The notes under the pieces were generated by a model. The model was not told where the DNA came from. It saw only the letters and a program-made list of their open reading frames with translations, and made no database searches. From contig CDROCS010000506.1 in the NCBI GenBank assembly GCA_977020255.1, forward strand, positions 62,001-126,000: DNA of 64,000 nucleotides, read 5' to 3'. Source of the DNA: Obrimoposthia wandeli (taxonomy: Eukaryota). The translations under genes were made by a program, and so were the position numbers. Of the stretch, positions 43,701 through 54,377 are shown one piece after another (within the stretch, counting starts at the first letter, position 1; every line of letters begins with the position of its first letter).

Positions 43701-43902
43701 GCCAAGTCTGCTCATTAGCAGTTAAAGTTAACCTTGGTGCATCTGTTACTGGCAATGGATCATTAGCCGTGTGGGCGAATACTGTCGATGAAAATAACAG
43801 CAGTACAAGCAATCCAAATACAAGTACTAATGCAAACACAAATGCAAAAATAGAAAGCCAAATCCGATTTTTTAATGTCCGTTTCAAATTGCATTTACCC
43901 AT
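40708..43902 (-). CDS. Sensor histidine kinase: 2 periplasmic SBP_bac_3 (BvgS/EvgS-like VFT) domains, 2 PAS, HisKA_3, HATPase_c
   Basis: N-terminal hydrophobic signal; YPPLNFID..GITPDYL and PPYMII..GIAIDYL VFT motifs; EERRHIAADLHDNVGQSLA H-box; RELLINVIKHAKA, DNGIGF, GGFGLFSIQER. Premature TAA TAA before an in-frame LPVIELGSL tail (to 40675). Confidence 0.88.
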   Translation of the reverse strand: MGKCNLKRTLKNRIWLSIFAFVFALVLVFGLLVLLLFSSTVFAHTANDPLPVTDAPRLTLTANEQTWLAEHPIITLGGGIYPPLNFIDTQGKSIGITPDYLNLIAQRLGIQINMVSGDWSEIQALAKEHNLDGLSLSLKNTEREEYLDFAGPYTTLQYAIFVNKETQGITNLDDLTSKRVGVLAGDYSISFINENHPDIDLVLYDTHEDIVHALVNREINALLENLPTISYIIDKSLITGLKVAGLPTSMHGDLYVAVRKDWPQFTAILNKAFASISKQQHQIIKNKWIALYSKAAKKPQLALTMKQKSWLAEHNVVRVRVSDLPPYMIIKAGRPPEGIAIDYLNLIAQRTGIKFSYEVSDQSFNEFLGSFKRGQDVDLTALIVPRNERLEYMLFSDNYIESPTVIATRDNSDFSVNLQGLSGKLVAVLKAGNVQHLLSAQYPNITLALYNSNELALEALTNGNVDAFVGSLTNAAYIIQKRGFSNIQIDASSSLDSEYFTMGNRKDWPELTDIINIALLSISEKEKIAIRNKYVALNYKVQGIDLVEVLLWISAIFSIALIIVLFFVGWNRSLRKLVNRRTVALQREIIEREQAHNALFESEKKYRSLVDTSLVGVFTSDLEGRFLFVNDALVQMFDFTSREELITAGSIARWADVEQREKYIKELKLSGSVRDFEVVGLSLSHQPIHSLFSAVLCDGVIFGTIMDITKRKKVESALLKSQRESIRAQKIAHLGHWEWDIISDQFTISDETYKIFGLTIGTLLSSQSILEYIHPEDRDYYIKNRALALESQPDETYTYRIIRPDGLTRTLSTKISTTAEYNDAGRAIRLFGILQDVTELKESEQKLINYQQRLKSLALQLALVEEQERRHIAADLHDNVGQSLALTRLQLAAVLKRLPDDKKTAGLVHNCSQLILTVIQETRHLIFEISSPSLNEFGLAAAITEWKEQTCKLSHGLEIEVIDRLEIDFVNLDLRAIIFRNIRELLINVIKHAKATVVVVNLEEKSGCYQITVKDNGIGFMVDEQAGNVSVAGGFGLFSIQERMIDIGGQLIINAKPQEGCTGR

Positions 43903-44004
43903 AATTTCCCATCGTCATATATAAAACATATTGAAAGCACTTACTCTACATCAAGTGCTAAATAAAACCATTAAACCCACAGAGGCATTAAACTCCCCTG
44001 CCAT

Positions 44005-46125
44005 TTAATGCGAACCAATTTGTGGCCACATTAATGCCTTTACATGATTTCTGTCAATGAGATTGTTTACCGCCCAACCAGCACCTGATGACCAGTCCGC
44101 CATCCATTTAGACAGTTCGCAAGCAGGCATAGGCATAGCTATACCGTACCCCTGCATCAATTCACAACCAAGCGCTAACAATGCCACGCTATGCGCCCTC
44201 GTTTCTACCCCTTCGGCAATGACTTCACGTTTGAATGATTTAGCTAAACCAACGACACTCTCTACAATCATTAAGTCATCAGGATCAATCAACATGTCCC
44301 GTACAAAACTCTGATCTATCTTAATAAGACTAGCTGGTAAATGCCTTAGATAGGTAAGTGAAGAATAGCCCGTACCAAAGTCATCTAAAGCAAAACTGAC
44401 ACCCAGTTTAATACAGTCGTGCATAACTTCCGAGACCTGCATTACATCCGCTAACGCACTGGTCTCAAGCACTTCTAAAAGCAAAAATCGTGGTTCAACC
44501 TGGGGCCATGCAGACAGTAGTACTTGTAAGCGTTCTGCAAAGCCATGTTGTAATTGCAATGCGCTAATGTTGACGCTGACAGGTATGTCTAATCCCAACG
44601 CTTGCCACGCCGCAATTTGACTAAGCGCTGTCGCAATCACCCATTCACCAAGTTCGATACTGATGGGATAATTTTCAATCAAAGGCAAGAAATCGCCAGG
44701 CAAAAGCAAACCTCGCTCTGGGTGTTGCCAACGAATTAAAGCTTCAGCACCAATCACGGTTCCTTTTCTCAGGTTAACCTTGGGTTGGTAATGCAGAACA
44801 AATTCATCTTTTTGCAACGCCATACGAATACGATCAAAATTGACACGCCGAGTATCCATCAGTCTCGATTTTGTCACGTCAAAAACGAAATAACAGTTCT
44901 TACCTGCTTTCTTAGCTTCGTACATCGCTTGGTCAGCATGACGTATAAGCAGGTCTGAGTCCGAGTCGGAATTATCTTGCGAATAAAATCTAACACCAAT
45001 ACTGGCTGACACTTTTAACGTGACCTTACCAACGGTGACAGGGTCAGATATAGCCCGTAACAGTCGTCCTAATATTGATGTACAATTATCCTTACTGTCT
45101 AATCCCGTTAGCACGGCGACAAACTCATCCCCCCCTATTCGAGCAAGCGTATCGTGTTCACGTAACGTCCCTCTCATACGATGTGAAAGCGCAATTAAGA
45201 GTTCATCACCGACATCATGCCCATAGGTATCATTGACCGCTTTAAATCCATCTAAATCAATAAATAGTACTGCTAACGACAGTTTACTGCACATGCATTG
45301 ACGCTTTGCGCTGGAGAGACGCTCTCTGAGTAATGTGCGATTAGGTAAATGAGTTAAGGGATCGAAGTGGGCCATTTCTTCAAGTTTATTCTGATAATCT
45401 TTAATATGCGAAATATCACTAAAGAGCGCAACATGGTGTGTGATCACGCCGGCACGATCTCGCACGAGACTAATTGACAGCGCTTCAGGATAAATCTCAC
45501 CATTTTTACGACGGTTCCAGATTTCACCGCTCCAGTGTTCTTTTTCTGCCAGCGTTTTCCAGATCTCCGCATAGAATACTGGCGGATGCACACCTGATTT
45601 CAAAATGCTTGGGTTCTTACCCAACACTTCTTGACGACTATAACCAGTGATGGCGGTGAACATACCATTGACGTCAAGTATTTTGCCGACTGGATCGGTG
45701 ATGGTAATACCTTCTCGAGCATGGGTAAAGACACTGGCTGCAAGCTTTAGCTTTTCATCAGATAACTTTAATTCAGTAATATCAATATTTGTACCGTCAA
45801 TCCTAATTAGCTTGCCAGCATCGTTACGAAATACAGTCACCATACTCTTTATATGAAAATAATGGCCACTTGGCTGATTCACTCTAAAATCGATTTCAAG
45901 CTGTTTGCCATCATCAAGCATTGCTTGCACTTCACTATTTCCGCGCTTGCGATCATCGGGGTGTAAATGCTGATCCCAAGCAATCACAGCGTCAGCGAAA
46001 TTTTCATTGCGCATATGATCGAATGTGAATAGTGAAGTACCTAACATATGTTCTTGGGTTAACAGATCCCTGTGCCACATGCCCATTCCATTTGCGGCGA
46101 TGAATGCAAGATTTATAGATATCAT
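44005..46125 (-). CDS. PAS-PAS-GGDEF-EAL c-di-GMP signalling protein (5' end probably truncated by damage at ~46140-46400)
   Basis: Intact GGDEF with RxxD I-site (REHD), EAL, LDDFGTGYSSL, IKIDQSFV, EGVET, QGY. Confidence 0.9.
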   Translation of the reverse strand: MISINLAFIAANGMGMWHRDLLTQEHMLGTSLFTFDHMRNENFADAVIAWDQHLHPDDRKRGNSEVQAMLDDGKQLEIDFRVNQPSGHYFHIKSMVTVFRNDAGKLIRIDGTNIDITELKLSDEKLKLAASVFTHAREGITITDPVGKILDVNGMFTAITGYSRQEVLGKNPSILKSGVHPPVFYAEIWKTLAEKEHWSGEIWNRRKNGEIYPEALSISLVRDRAGVITHHVALFSDISHIKDYQNKLEEMAHFDPLTHLPNRTLLRERLSSAKRQCMCSKLSLAVLFIDLDGFKAVNDTYGHDVGDELLIALSHRMRGTLREHDTLARIGGDEFVAVLTGLDSKDNCTSILGRLLRAISDPVTVGKVTLKVSASIGVRFYSQDNSDSDSDLLIRHADQAMYEAKKAGKNCYFVFDVTKSRLMDTRRVNFDRIRMALQKDEFVLHYQPKVNLRKGTVIGAEALIRWQHPERGLLLPGDFLPLIENYPISIELGEWVIATALSQIAAWQALGLDIPVSVNISALQLQHGFAERLQVLLSAWPQVEPRFLLLEVLETSALADVMQVSEVMHDCIKLGVSFALDDFGTGYSSLTYLRHLPASLIKIDQSFVRDMLIDPDDLMIVESVVGLAKSFKREVIAEGVETRAHSVALLALGCELMQGYGIAMPMPACELSKWMADWSSGAGWAVNNLIDRNHVKALMWPQIGSH

Positions 46126-46537
46126 GTTTACCCCTGAATTTAATTAACGTCGGCAAAACCAGCCTGTTAGCGAACGCTGATAATAACGAAGTTGAAGCCT
46201 GGCAATGGAGAGAGGGATTGGGGGTAACCAAAACCAAGCCGCTGGAACGGTTGGAAATTGAAGCAGCCGAATCGAAAATAGCTTGACCTCCAGAGGTAGT
46301 TCAGGGTGAGAGATAGGGTGGTGGTCTTGCTGAAAGTATAGGTCGCTAAGGCAATATAATAACGATCTTAGAAATAATTAGCCACAATAACACGTAATTT
46401 AACCTATTTCCTTAATCAGCCGTAAGCATTCAAGTTTAAGCATTGCTAAATATCCAATACGCCCTCTAGACCTGCAACTGCATACGCATGAGCTGCTGGT
46501 GTGAAATTAATTCTATTAAATAAGTCATAATCAAATT

Positions 46538-48432
46538 ATGCAGATAGAATGTCAAACTCAAATAGTAGGAACGCTGAGTGTAATAATTGTTGTCATTATT
46601 ACCCTGTTGGTTTCTCTGAATTACATCTCGTTCAAGGATGAGAGTGTTGATTTGAACAGAGCGTTATTGCGTGAAAAAAATGTAACGACTCACGTTGATT
46701 TAGTACAAAAATTTCAGGGTTATAGACAGATGCTATCATCTATTAATGCCTCCACTGCTGACATTAATGTTAATGGCTTATCCCTCAATGCGATAACGCA
46801 ATTAAAAGCGCTATCTAGAGCACAAAGTACAATGAGTGATGGTGTATATCTTTTTACCAGAAAGGGAGACATTTATAATGCTGAAGGTGAAAAGCTGAAT
46901 TTCAATGTCAAAGCTTTAGATCGAGCCTATTATGATGCCATCTTCAATAAAGGCAGCGCATTTGTTGTATCCCCGCCTTTTAAATCTGCGGTAACAGGAG
47001 AAGAAGTATTAGGCATGGCCCTTAAAATTGACGCTTCTGTTGCAGTACTTTCTAATTTGCATTTAGACGACGTGCTTGAAGCAAGCGTTAATCGACAAGA
47101 TATGTTCATGTACACTGCTGATGGTACGATATTAATTGCTCCCTATCCTGAACTCATTAATAAAAATATTTTCACAGAGCGTCCTTTATATAAACAATTA
47201 AATGCCAATAACCCAGTATTATCATACACCGCAGAGGTTAACGGTGACGATGTGGCCTTTACTTCATTCTGGGGGATGCTAGATACAACAGGATGGGGTT
47301 ATGTCACCTTCATTCGCGATAGTGTTATTGAAAAAGGGGCTGATAGCCAATTGACCTCTGGTATATTAACGGCTGTCATTAGTTTGATTGTCGCGGTGCT
47401 TGTTTTACTTGCTGTTGTGGATAAATTAGTGCTGAAACCCGTCGGTGGCGCGCCGAGTGATATTGCCGCTTTAATGGAAAACATGGCAAGTGGTGATTTA
47501 ACTCAAAATTTAAATAAAACCGGTAAAGAAACGGGTATTTACCTTTCTTTGATTAATTTATCGAGTCAGCTCACAGGTCTCATCCAGAGCTCTCATAGCA
47601 TTTCAGAAAGCGTTTCCTCTGCTTCACAAGAGTTAAATACCGTGATGAATCACACCCAAAGCAATGCGCAGAATGAGTTGGCGCAAATGGAAGGTATTTC
47701 GACTGCGATTAATGAACTGTCGACCACCTCTCAAGAAGTAAGTAGCAAAGCGGTAATGGCTGATAGCGAAACCAGAAAGGCGCAAGAAAGCGTCGTAAAC
47801 GGTAAAAAAACATTAGAAAAAACCATTACTTTGAACTGAGATTAACGCTGGCGTTATAATTACAACAAAAAAAAATTGTTGAAGAATTAAAACCAGGTGC
47901 ATTTGAAATTGGTTCACCTGTGCACCGGCCAGAAGTCATTAATAACATCTCAGACCAAACAAATTTGTTGGCTTTGAACGCCGCCATTGAAGCAGCCCGC
48001 GCTGGTGAGCAAGGTCGAGGGTTTGCTGTTGTTGCTGATGAAGTTCGGAATCTGGCGTCGAAAACTCAAACGTCAACGGTGAGCATTCAAGAAATCATAG
48101 AGAAACTGCAATCTCAATCTGAAATGGCCGATAAGAACATGCTTAAAAATGTAGAATTGATTCAAGAATCTGTTTTACTTGCTGACCATGTTAAAGCCTC
48201 GTTTGAGGATATTTCATCCGCAGTACAATCTATTTCAGACATTAATACCCTGGTGGCTACCGCTTCAGAACAACAGTATTGTGTAACAGAAGATATATCC
48301 AAAAATACGACGATGACTTTTGACTTGGTACAGCAAAACGTATCAGCGGTTAACCAAACATTGCAAGCATCGGCGGAGTTATCGCACTTGGCTGAATCGC
48401 AAAAACAAGAGCTTTCATTCTTTCGAGTTTGA
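46538..48432 (+). pseudogene. Cache-type methyl-accepting chemotaxis protein split by a frameshift at ~47840-47930
   Basis: TM-Cache-TM-HAMP ORF 46538-47839 and signalling-tip ORF 47920-48432 ([27 protein letters not shown]); the junction contains an A9 homopolymer. Confidence 0.85.
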
Positions 48433-48729
48433 TTGAACGTTTAACGCCAACAACCCCGATATAATGTAAGTGCGCTTTATCCTGCGCACTTACATTTTGT
48501 CTAATAGCGATCATGACCGGTATTCATATTCGCTATAACAGGATCCTAGGAATAACCAATCAAATCACCGCCGCTTTACAATCACGATAGCTCTGCCCTC
48601 GCTCGATTTTACCCCACACTTATTTAGGTTATTCTTTGCTCACAGCGTTAAAACTTCAAATGAGAATCATTTTCAAGTAGAATGTTTTTCCATATACCAT
48701 ATTATCTTATACAGGCATGAGTTAGATCT

Positions 48730-50007
48730 ATGCAAAGCGAATCATTAGAACGTCTTAAGAAAGCATTTATCTCTGGTATTTGGGCCACCCTTGCCAGTAT
48801 TAGTGTGGGCTTCGCCTTTAAGATTTGGCTGGCACAATGGGTGGCAAAAGGCGATCTTGCTTTGTACCATACAGTGGTTGATATCATTTCACTGTCATTG
48901 ATTTTAATGACTGGTTTTCGCTCTTCGATGGTGGTTACTTACTCTCAAACACACAACGACCGTGATATTATCAATATCTTCCGTTTCAGTTTAATTGCGA
49001 TTGTATTGATTACTTGGGGTACCATCATTCCCTATATTAAACATTCGCTTAATATTAATGTTGGTTACTTGCAGATGGTTGGCATCATCTTCGGCATGGG
49101 CTTAAAGATCTACTTCACCAACCTTGTCGCCATGTATCGTTTATACGATGTGTCCAATAAAGTCACCTGGCTTGAGCCTATCAGTAATGTGGTTATGTTT
49201 GTGTTCTGTTATTATTTCTTAGGGCTGGATACACTCTCGTCTCTGTTTTATGGCCTAACTCTATCTTCGCTATCGATTGCTATTTATATGTACGTGCGCC
49301 GTAAGAAGTCGATCACTACACTTCCTTTAGCTCTGGTACACCTTGATCCTCCGCTTATCAGTTACGTGAAGAAAAGTTTTACCGCGTCTCTAGAAGCCGG
49401 AGCCAGTATCTTAATGATTTATATCACCGTACTCCTGACGATCACGCATTTTAGCGTCGATGAACTCGGCGATTTCCAAGTGGTCGTTCGCCCTGTTTTT
49501 ACCTATATGACGATGTTATTTGTCTTCCCAATTTATCGCTTTGTATTGCCTGAATTAGCGGTATGTATACGTAATAGCGATCATGAACAAGTGAAGCAAA
49601 TACGTCGCTGGGTGTTTAAGTTGTCATTTGCAGTTGGATTATCATTTGTCGCTATTATGTTTTTTGGTGGTAAGTCGATGATTGCTTGGGTATTCCCGCC
49701 CGAATATAGCAATGCCCTACCAGTATTATTTCACTTCTCCATCTTCTTTGTGTTTATGATGTTAAACGCTTACCAATTAGCATATATTAAGGCGCATGGT
49801 CGATTTACCCTTAGCCTGTTAATCCGTCTTATGGGTATAGTTACTTTAGTCGCCGCGTATTACCTGTTGTCACAAATGACTGCAAATGTTGTCGCGATCA
49901 TTACCGCACTTTGTTCTGGCTATGTTGCGATGTTCATTTTATCAAGTATTGCTGAGCGTCAAATTTTGAATACAACAACGAATGAAATCACGCCAGCTAC
50001 AGCGTAA
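48730..50007 (+). CDS. MOP superfamily (Wzx/MATE-like) polytopic membrane exporter
   Basis: 425 aa, about 12 hydrophobic segments, two-fold repeat with ALYHTVVDI and GDFQVVVRP helix-2 motifs typical of MOP flippases. Confidence 0.65.
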   Translation: MQSESLERLKKAFISGIWATLASISVGFAFKIWLAQWVAKGDLALYHTVVDIISLSLILMTGFRSSMVVTYSQTHNDRDIINIFRFSLIAIVLITWGTIIPYIKHSLNINVGYLQMVGIIFGMGLKIYFTNLVAMYRLYDVSNKVTWLEPISNVVMFVFCYYFLGLDTLSSLFYGLTLSSLSIAIYMYVRRKKSITTLPLALVHLDPPLISYVKKSFTASLEAGASILMIYITVLLTITHFSVDELGDFQVVVRPVFTYMTMLFVFPIYRFVLPELAVCIRNSDHEQVKQIRRWVFKLSFAVGLSFVAIMFFGGKSMIAWVFPPEYSNALPVLFHFSIFFVFMMLNAYQLAYIKAHGRFTLSLLIRLMGIVTLVAAYYLLSQMTANVVAIITALCSGYVAMFILSSIAERQILNTTTNEITPATA

Positions 50008-50078
50008 AGGGTGCTGAAAAACTAAGTCGTAACGTATTATAAGGGTCAGTAATCAGGCTTTTAAAAGGATTTTAATAC

Positions 50079-50741
50079 ATGCTAAAACACTTAATTTGGG
50101 GATTAATTAGACTAGGAATCGTTTTAGTTTTCGTATATCCGGTCGTCCGCGCCATCATAATCATGGCTGCGACAGCAATCCCCTATTTTAATCTAGATAT
50201 AAGGCTTGAAGCCGTCATTTGGATATCGTCATTGATAAGTGTGTTGGGTTATATTTTACTTCGAACTGCAAACACCAAAGAGATCGGAAAATTTGTTCTT
50301 TTAAGTGTACTCGGCTCGATGGTGTTGACTATGTATGAAGGTGATATATCCGGAGACTTTCCATTAAGGTATGTCACTTCGTCATTATTTTTAATTCCGC
50401 TCTGCTTGATTATGATGGTGTATTTCGTTTTCCCGATACGACAATTAAAACCATTTATGTTTCTTGTCCCCGTATCCTCATGTTCATGGTTAATGTATAA
50501 ATCTATCTATCAGCCGTCCTATTTCGCATATGAATTTTTTACTTCAAAGCCAACTATTCCCGCTGAAGCCTATGCCCGCATCATGTCTGAAATACCGCAT
50601 ATATACTTAGATGGTTTCATTTCAGGACTCTTTTCACTTGGTTTGTTATGCCTCTATTTTTTCTGTCTTTATTGGCATAATCCCAAGGGTATATATAAAA
50701 GCGCAAGAGGGAAATTAGCGACGTTTGGTGTGGCTAAGTAA
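50079..50741 (+). CDS. Hypothetical multi-pass membrane protein
   Basis: Clean 220-aa ORF with RBS AAGGA and about 6 hydrophobic segments. Confidence 0.75.
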   Translation: MLKHLIWGLIRLGIVLVFVYPVVRAIIIMAATAIPYFNLDIRLEAVIWISSLISVLGYILLRTANTKEIGKFVLLSVLGSMVLTMYEGDISGDFPLRYVTSSLFLIPLCLIMMVYFVFPIRQLKPFMFLVPVSSCSWLMYKSIYQPSYFAYEFFTSKPTIPAEAYARIMSEIPHIYLDGFISGLFSLGLLCLYFFCLYWHNPKGIYKSARGKLATFGVAK

Positions 50742-50825
50742 AACGCTGAAATCGACCTATTTTTGCGGTCTTAAAAATGACATTAGTATCGATGTTATCA
50801 ACACCAAAAATAGCTTTCACTACGA

Positions 50826-51909
50826 TTATGGGTTAATGCAATACAGTGATTTAATGGCTTCTTTCAGCCACAGCAACTTGGGATTGTGAGCGTTACGTTT
50901 GTGCCAAATTAACGTGAATGGAATTAACAGTTTATCTTGATAAGCCTTGTCTACCGGAATGGGTAAACACAACAAATCTGGATGTTGCTGCTTTGTATAA
51001 TGCTGACAATAAGCAGGTGCGGTCGTGATCATATTTTGGTTTGGTTGAGCCGACATGAATAATGATTGCTCAAAGCTAGCCATAGTCAGGGTAATGTCTC
51101 GCTTCAACCCCTGTTCACTCAGTATTTCATCCAATGCCCAAGTTTCACATTTCTCCCAAACGATATTAATATGTGGGTATTTGAGGAAAGTATCAAGGCT
51201 CCACTCTTCTTCTAAGGCTGGATGGTCTTTACGCAAATATACAACGGGAAGATCAGAGAAAATAACTTCAAAATCAATAAAGTAAGGAAGCAGATGTAGA
51301 GATTCTTTTGATCGTGGATGGCTCTCTCTTCCTGTGAGCCCAATATCAGTTTCACCACGGATAATTGATTCTAAAGAATCGTAATCGTTATGCGTGCTAA
51401 TCGGTATAATGTTGTTGAATTTTCTGGACTAGTTCATTTAACACTGTGAGCAAAAGCGGAGATTCAATCGCTAAATCAAATTGAATACCTTTTGGCGAAT
51501 CACCGCTATGTTTTTCCAAAAGTTGACTACTTATCTGTAACCAATCTACAAGATCTTGTTGATTACCCTTTAGGTGTTTTTAACTGTAACCATCTACCGC
51601 AAGACTTGTCAATCATTTATCGGTTGGCGTCATGCTCTGTGTAAACGGACTCTCAAACCCTTTAGGTGTTTTAACAAAACAAAGGGTATCAACAGCTCAC
51701 CAAACCATCTCGCAATTCTCTTCTCAACGACTACTCACCGTAGAGATTTTTTGCTGTGCTGAGATCCCTGATACCTCATGGTCGGGCAATTGGCGTGACA
51801 GGTCAATTTGAAGTTGTTCTGATTACGCTGTCTTTAGATAATAGTTTAAGCATACATATTTTCTGCACTCAATTAAACCGCCCTTGGGCAAATAGATTTT
51901 TTCAATCAT
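50826..51909 (-). pseudogene. yidZ: YidZ-like LysR regulator, disrupted
   Basis: C-terminal [26 protein letters not shown]...[18 protein letters not shown] closely resembles YidZ; garbled upstream remnants [10 protein letters not shown] and KTPKG, the latter duplicated at ~51566 and ~51658. Confidence 0.75.
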
Positions 51910-51929
51910 ACGCCAACGATGGCCGTTGA

Positions 51930-53099
51930 GGTTTAGGTATCTCCTATGAGCAAGGCTATGCACGCCTATAATCAAGGCCGAGCTATTCAGTGCATATGCC
52001 AACAGCACCCATTAAAACCAAAGCCGAGCCAGTAGCTGTTGCCCACCGACTTGAGTAATACCCACAATGCAATGAACTTGCCATCCCCAGCGACAGAATA
52101 CGGGCTAAGATTGACCACGATCAGGATACCAATATCAATGTGATGCAAAAAGCACGTAACAAAAAGTAGGCACCGAATGAACATAAATGTGCGTGATTAT
52201 TTAAATTCAAATACTGACTACCTGTGAGTGTTATCATCGCAGCAGGGCTGTTGAAGTAGACACTGGTCGCCTAATATACAAACAATTAAAATCCATGTCA
52301 TCCAGTATCAAGTTATCGTTCTTAAACGTAGATAATGCAATACCCAGGTGTCAAAACCTCAGCATACTGACTAGCGGTGCTCGGCTGATAGTAGAAGTAC
52401 GCTCTTATCAAACCCCATGGCTACAATATCAAAGGTGATACGTTGACATAAGTTAAAATGGTCATCACTCCGAGCGACGTTATAACCACGCGGCTGATAA
52501 AAAAGCGCTCTAAAAATGATTCTTGCACAAGGCTACAGTCTGAATGAATGTCATTAATGGCAGCTAACTTGTTTGGCTTCGTTTTTGTATCACCAATATT
52601 GCCACCGCCCTTAATACAGTATCATACTTGACCATGGAAATTTGAGCATTATAAGGTAACCTATCACGGGGGCAACAACAGGAATAACACAAGTGATCCC
52701 GTTGAGCATAGAAAGTACTTTAGCACGTTGAATATCGCCCAAAGTATCACGAATAATGGCAAAGGCAACCACATAGCAGCTACCCGCACCAATCCCCTGG
52801 ATGAATCGAGCAATAAGAAATTGCGTACTATGTTCGGCCATTCCAGCAAGTATTGATGATACTGTAAAGATGATGGCACCCGTAATAGCAACAGGTTTAC
52901 GACCTATTGAGTCAGCCACTTTCCCAGCAATAAGCATCGTTGCCGCCATACCGATCAAATAGATAGAAAAAGCAAAATGCAGCTGGGATTCAGTGGCCTG
53001 AAGATCTGCTGCAATTTGTGGCAGACCAACAAGATAAAGATCGATAGCAGTGGGATAAAGTAGTACAAGTGTAAAACTACAAAGAAGATATCGGAACAT
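51930..53099 (-). pseudogene. mdtL: MdtL-like MFS multidrug transporter, disrupted
   Basis: [33 protein letters not shown]...[13 protein letters not shown]; out-of-frame QESFLERFFISRVVITSLGVMTILTYVNVSP; lies upstream of yidZ as in enterobacteria. Confidence 0.8.
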
Positions 53100-53955
53100 A
53101 AGAACCTCACAAATGATTAGTTATGAGTATGATAGTGCTATCCGTATTGACTGGCGAGTGAGCTTTATGACATCAGGTATTTCCATTGGCGACAGACACT
53201 AAAATAAGCCTTGGTTATTCTCGATATTCAATCTGTAATGCGAACGACATCCTTCGAAGCTAGAATCTTATTACTTCCCCAAACTTGTGTTAGAGCCGTT
53301 ACTTATAGTGTTTCATACTCCTGCTAACGCACAATTGAACCCTATTGCGAATGTCAAAGGCATCCTATAGTGTGACTTGTATCTGCCTTATTAGAAATAA
53401 GCAAATTGACCTTTGCCATTTCCTAAGACAGTGCAAAATGAGAATTACCGATTAATAATAATGAAGAAAGAATTATATCAAATGTATTATTGGCAACTGT
53501 GGGATGACATACAGAAATCCCAATCCAGAATCTCTAGGTGATAGGAGTCGATTAACTTTGTCAAGAGCAAAAATCCTCCTCTGAGGCTCATCTGTGCTAC
53601 TTAATTTTAATTAATGCTAATGCTGGCAGTTATGAGGGAATGTCTTGCGGATTATAAATTACTGACTAAATCTAGGTTCAGCATTGGGTTTTATTGTTAT
53701 AGGTATGATCGTTTTTCCAATTTTAGTGGCAGCCTACTTCGAACGACAAATGATGGTTATGTTCCCACAAATATAGCCACATTACCTTATATGACCTTAT
53801 TTTCAAAGCGAATTGATTCATAAATTTATTTCTCACTTTTGCATCTAGCATAGGATAGTAATTAATTTGGTTCAGAATCCTCTCTACTATTAAAAAACTT
53901 AGGTATTAATGTTTTGCTCCACGGTATGGAAGAAGAAGTCTATTCATCGAAGGTT

Positions 53956-54330
53956 ATGGAAAACGTGAGAACCAAGCACTTTCGTGACTTAATCACTTAT
54001 CATGCATTGATTTACCAAAAGATGAAGGCTCAACAGCATAAAGCATGTATCAAGCGCTGATGGTAAGTGATAATGTGTTTACAATCAAGAGTTAACAATG
54101 TCTGCGGAATTCTTGTTCCCAAAAGCCGGAGCGAAGAGCTGTAGCAAGAGTGGAACGGGTTAAGCTGTGTATTGAAAAGTAATCGATGATTGTGATTATT
54201 ACCTACTTATTATTGGCGGGCGTTACGGCCTGTATTTCAAGATGGAAGTGGTTAACTAATTTAGAATAAGCACACAGAGAAAAAGAGTTTGATTATGCGT
54301 TTTGGTAGAAAGGTCTATGCAGACCGCGTA
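53956..54330 (+). pseudogene. DUF4062-like (TIR/STIR-clan) domain gene remnant
   Basis: In-frame KVIDDCDYYLLIIGGRYG at 54176-54229, TEK(+2 nt)EFDYA at 54274-54299 and MEN/KR start with RBS at 53956; insertion-garbled in between. Not in the ORF track. Confidence 0.65.
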
Positions 54331-54377
54331 CCTAACAGTTAGTTACTCAATTTGAAATAAAAAAGCACGACCTTGAT

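Noticed and set aside
47830-47930. Programmed frameshift or phase variation at the A9 run splitting the MCP
   Set aside because: Additional garbling surrounds the run, and neighbouring genes show the same indel damage, so error or decay is the simpler explanation.
51560-51680. Direct repeat CCCTTTAGGTGTTTT(T)AAC inside yidZ as a recombination site
   Set aside because: Both copies encode the same KTPKG segment of the LysR; this is a local duplication typical of the damaged consensus.
53290-54330. attC-like ends (CTAAC/GTTAG) around the DUF4062 remnant
   Set aside because: Core sites are imperfect, no complementary arms could be traced, and the region is too noisy.
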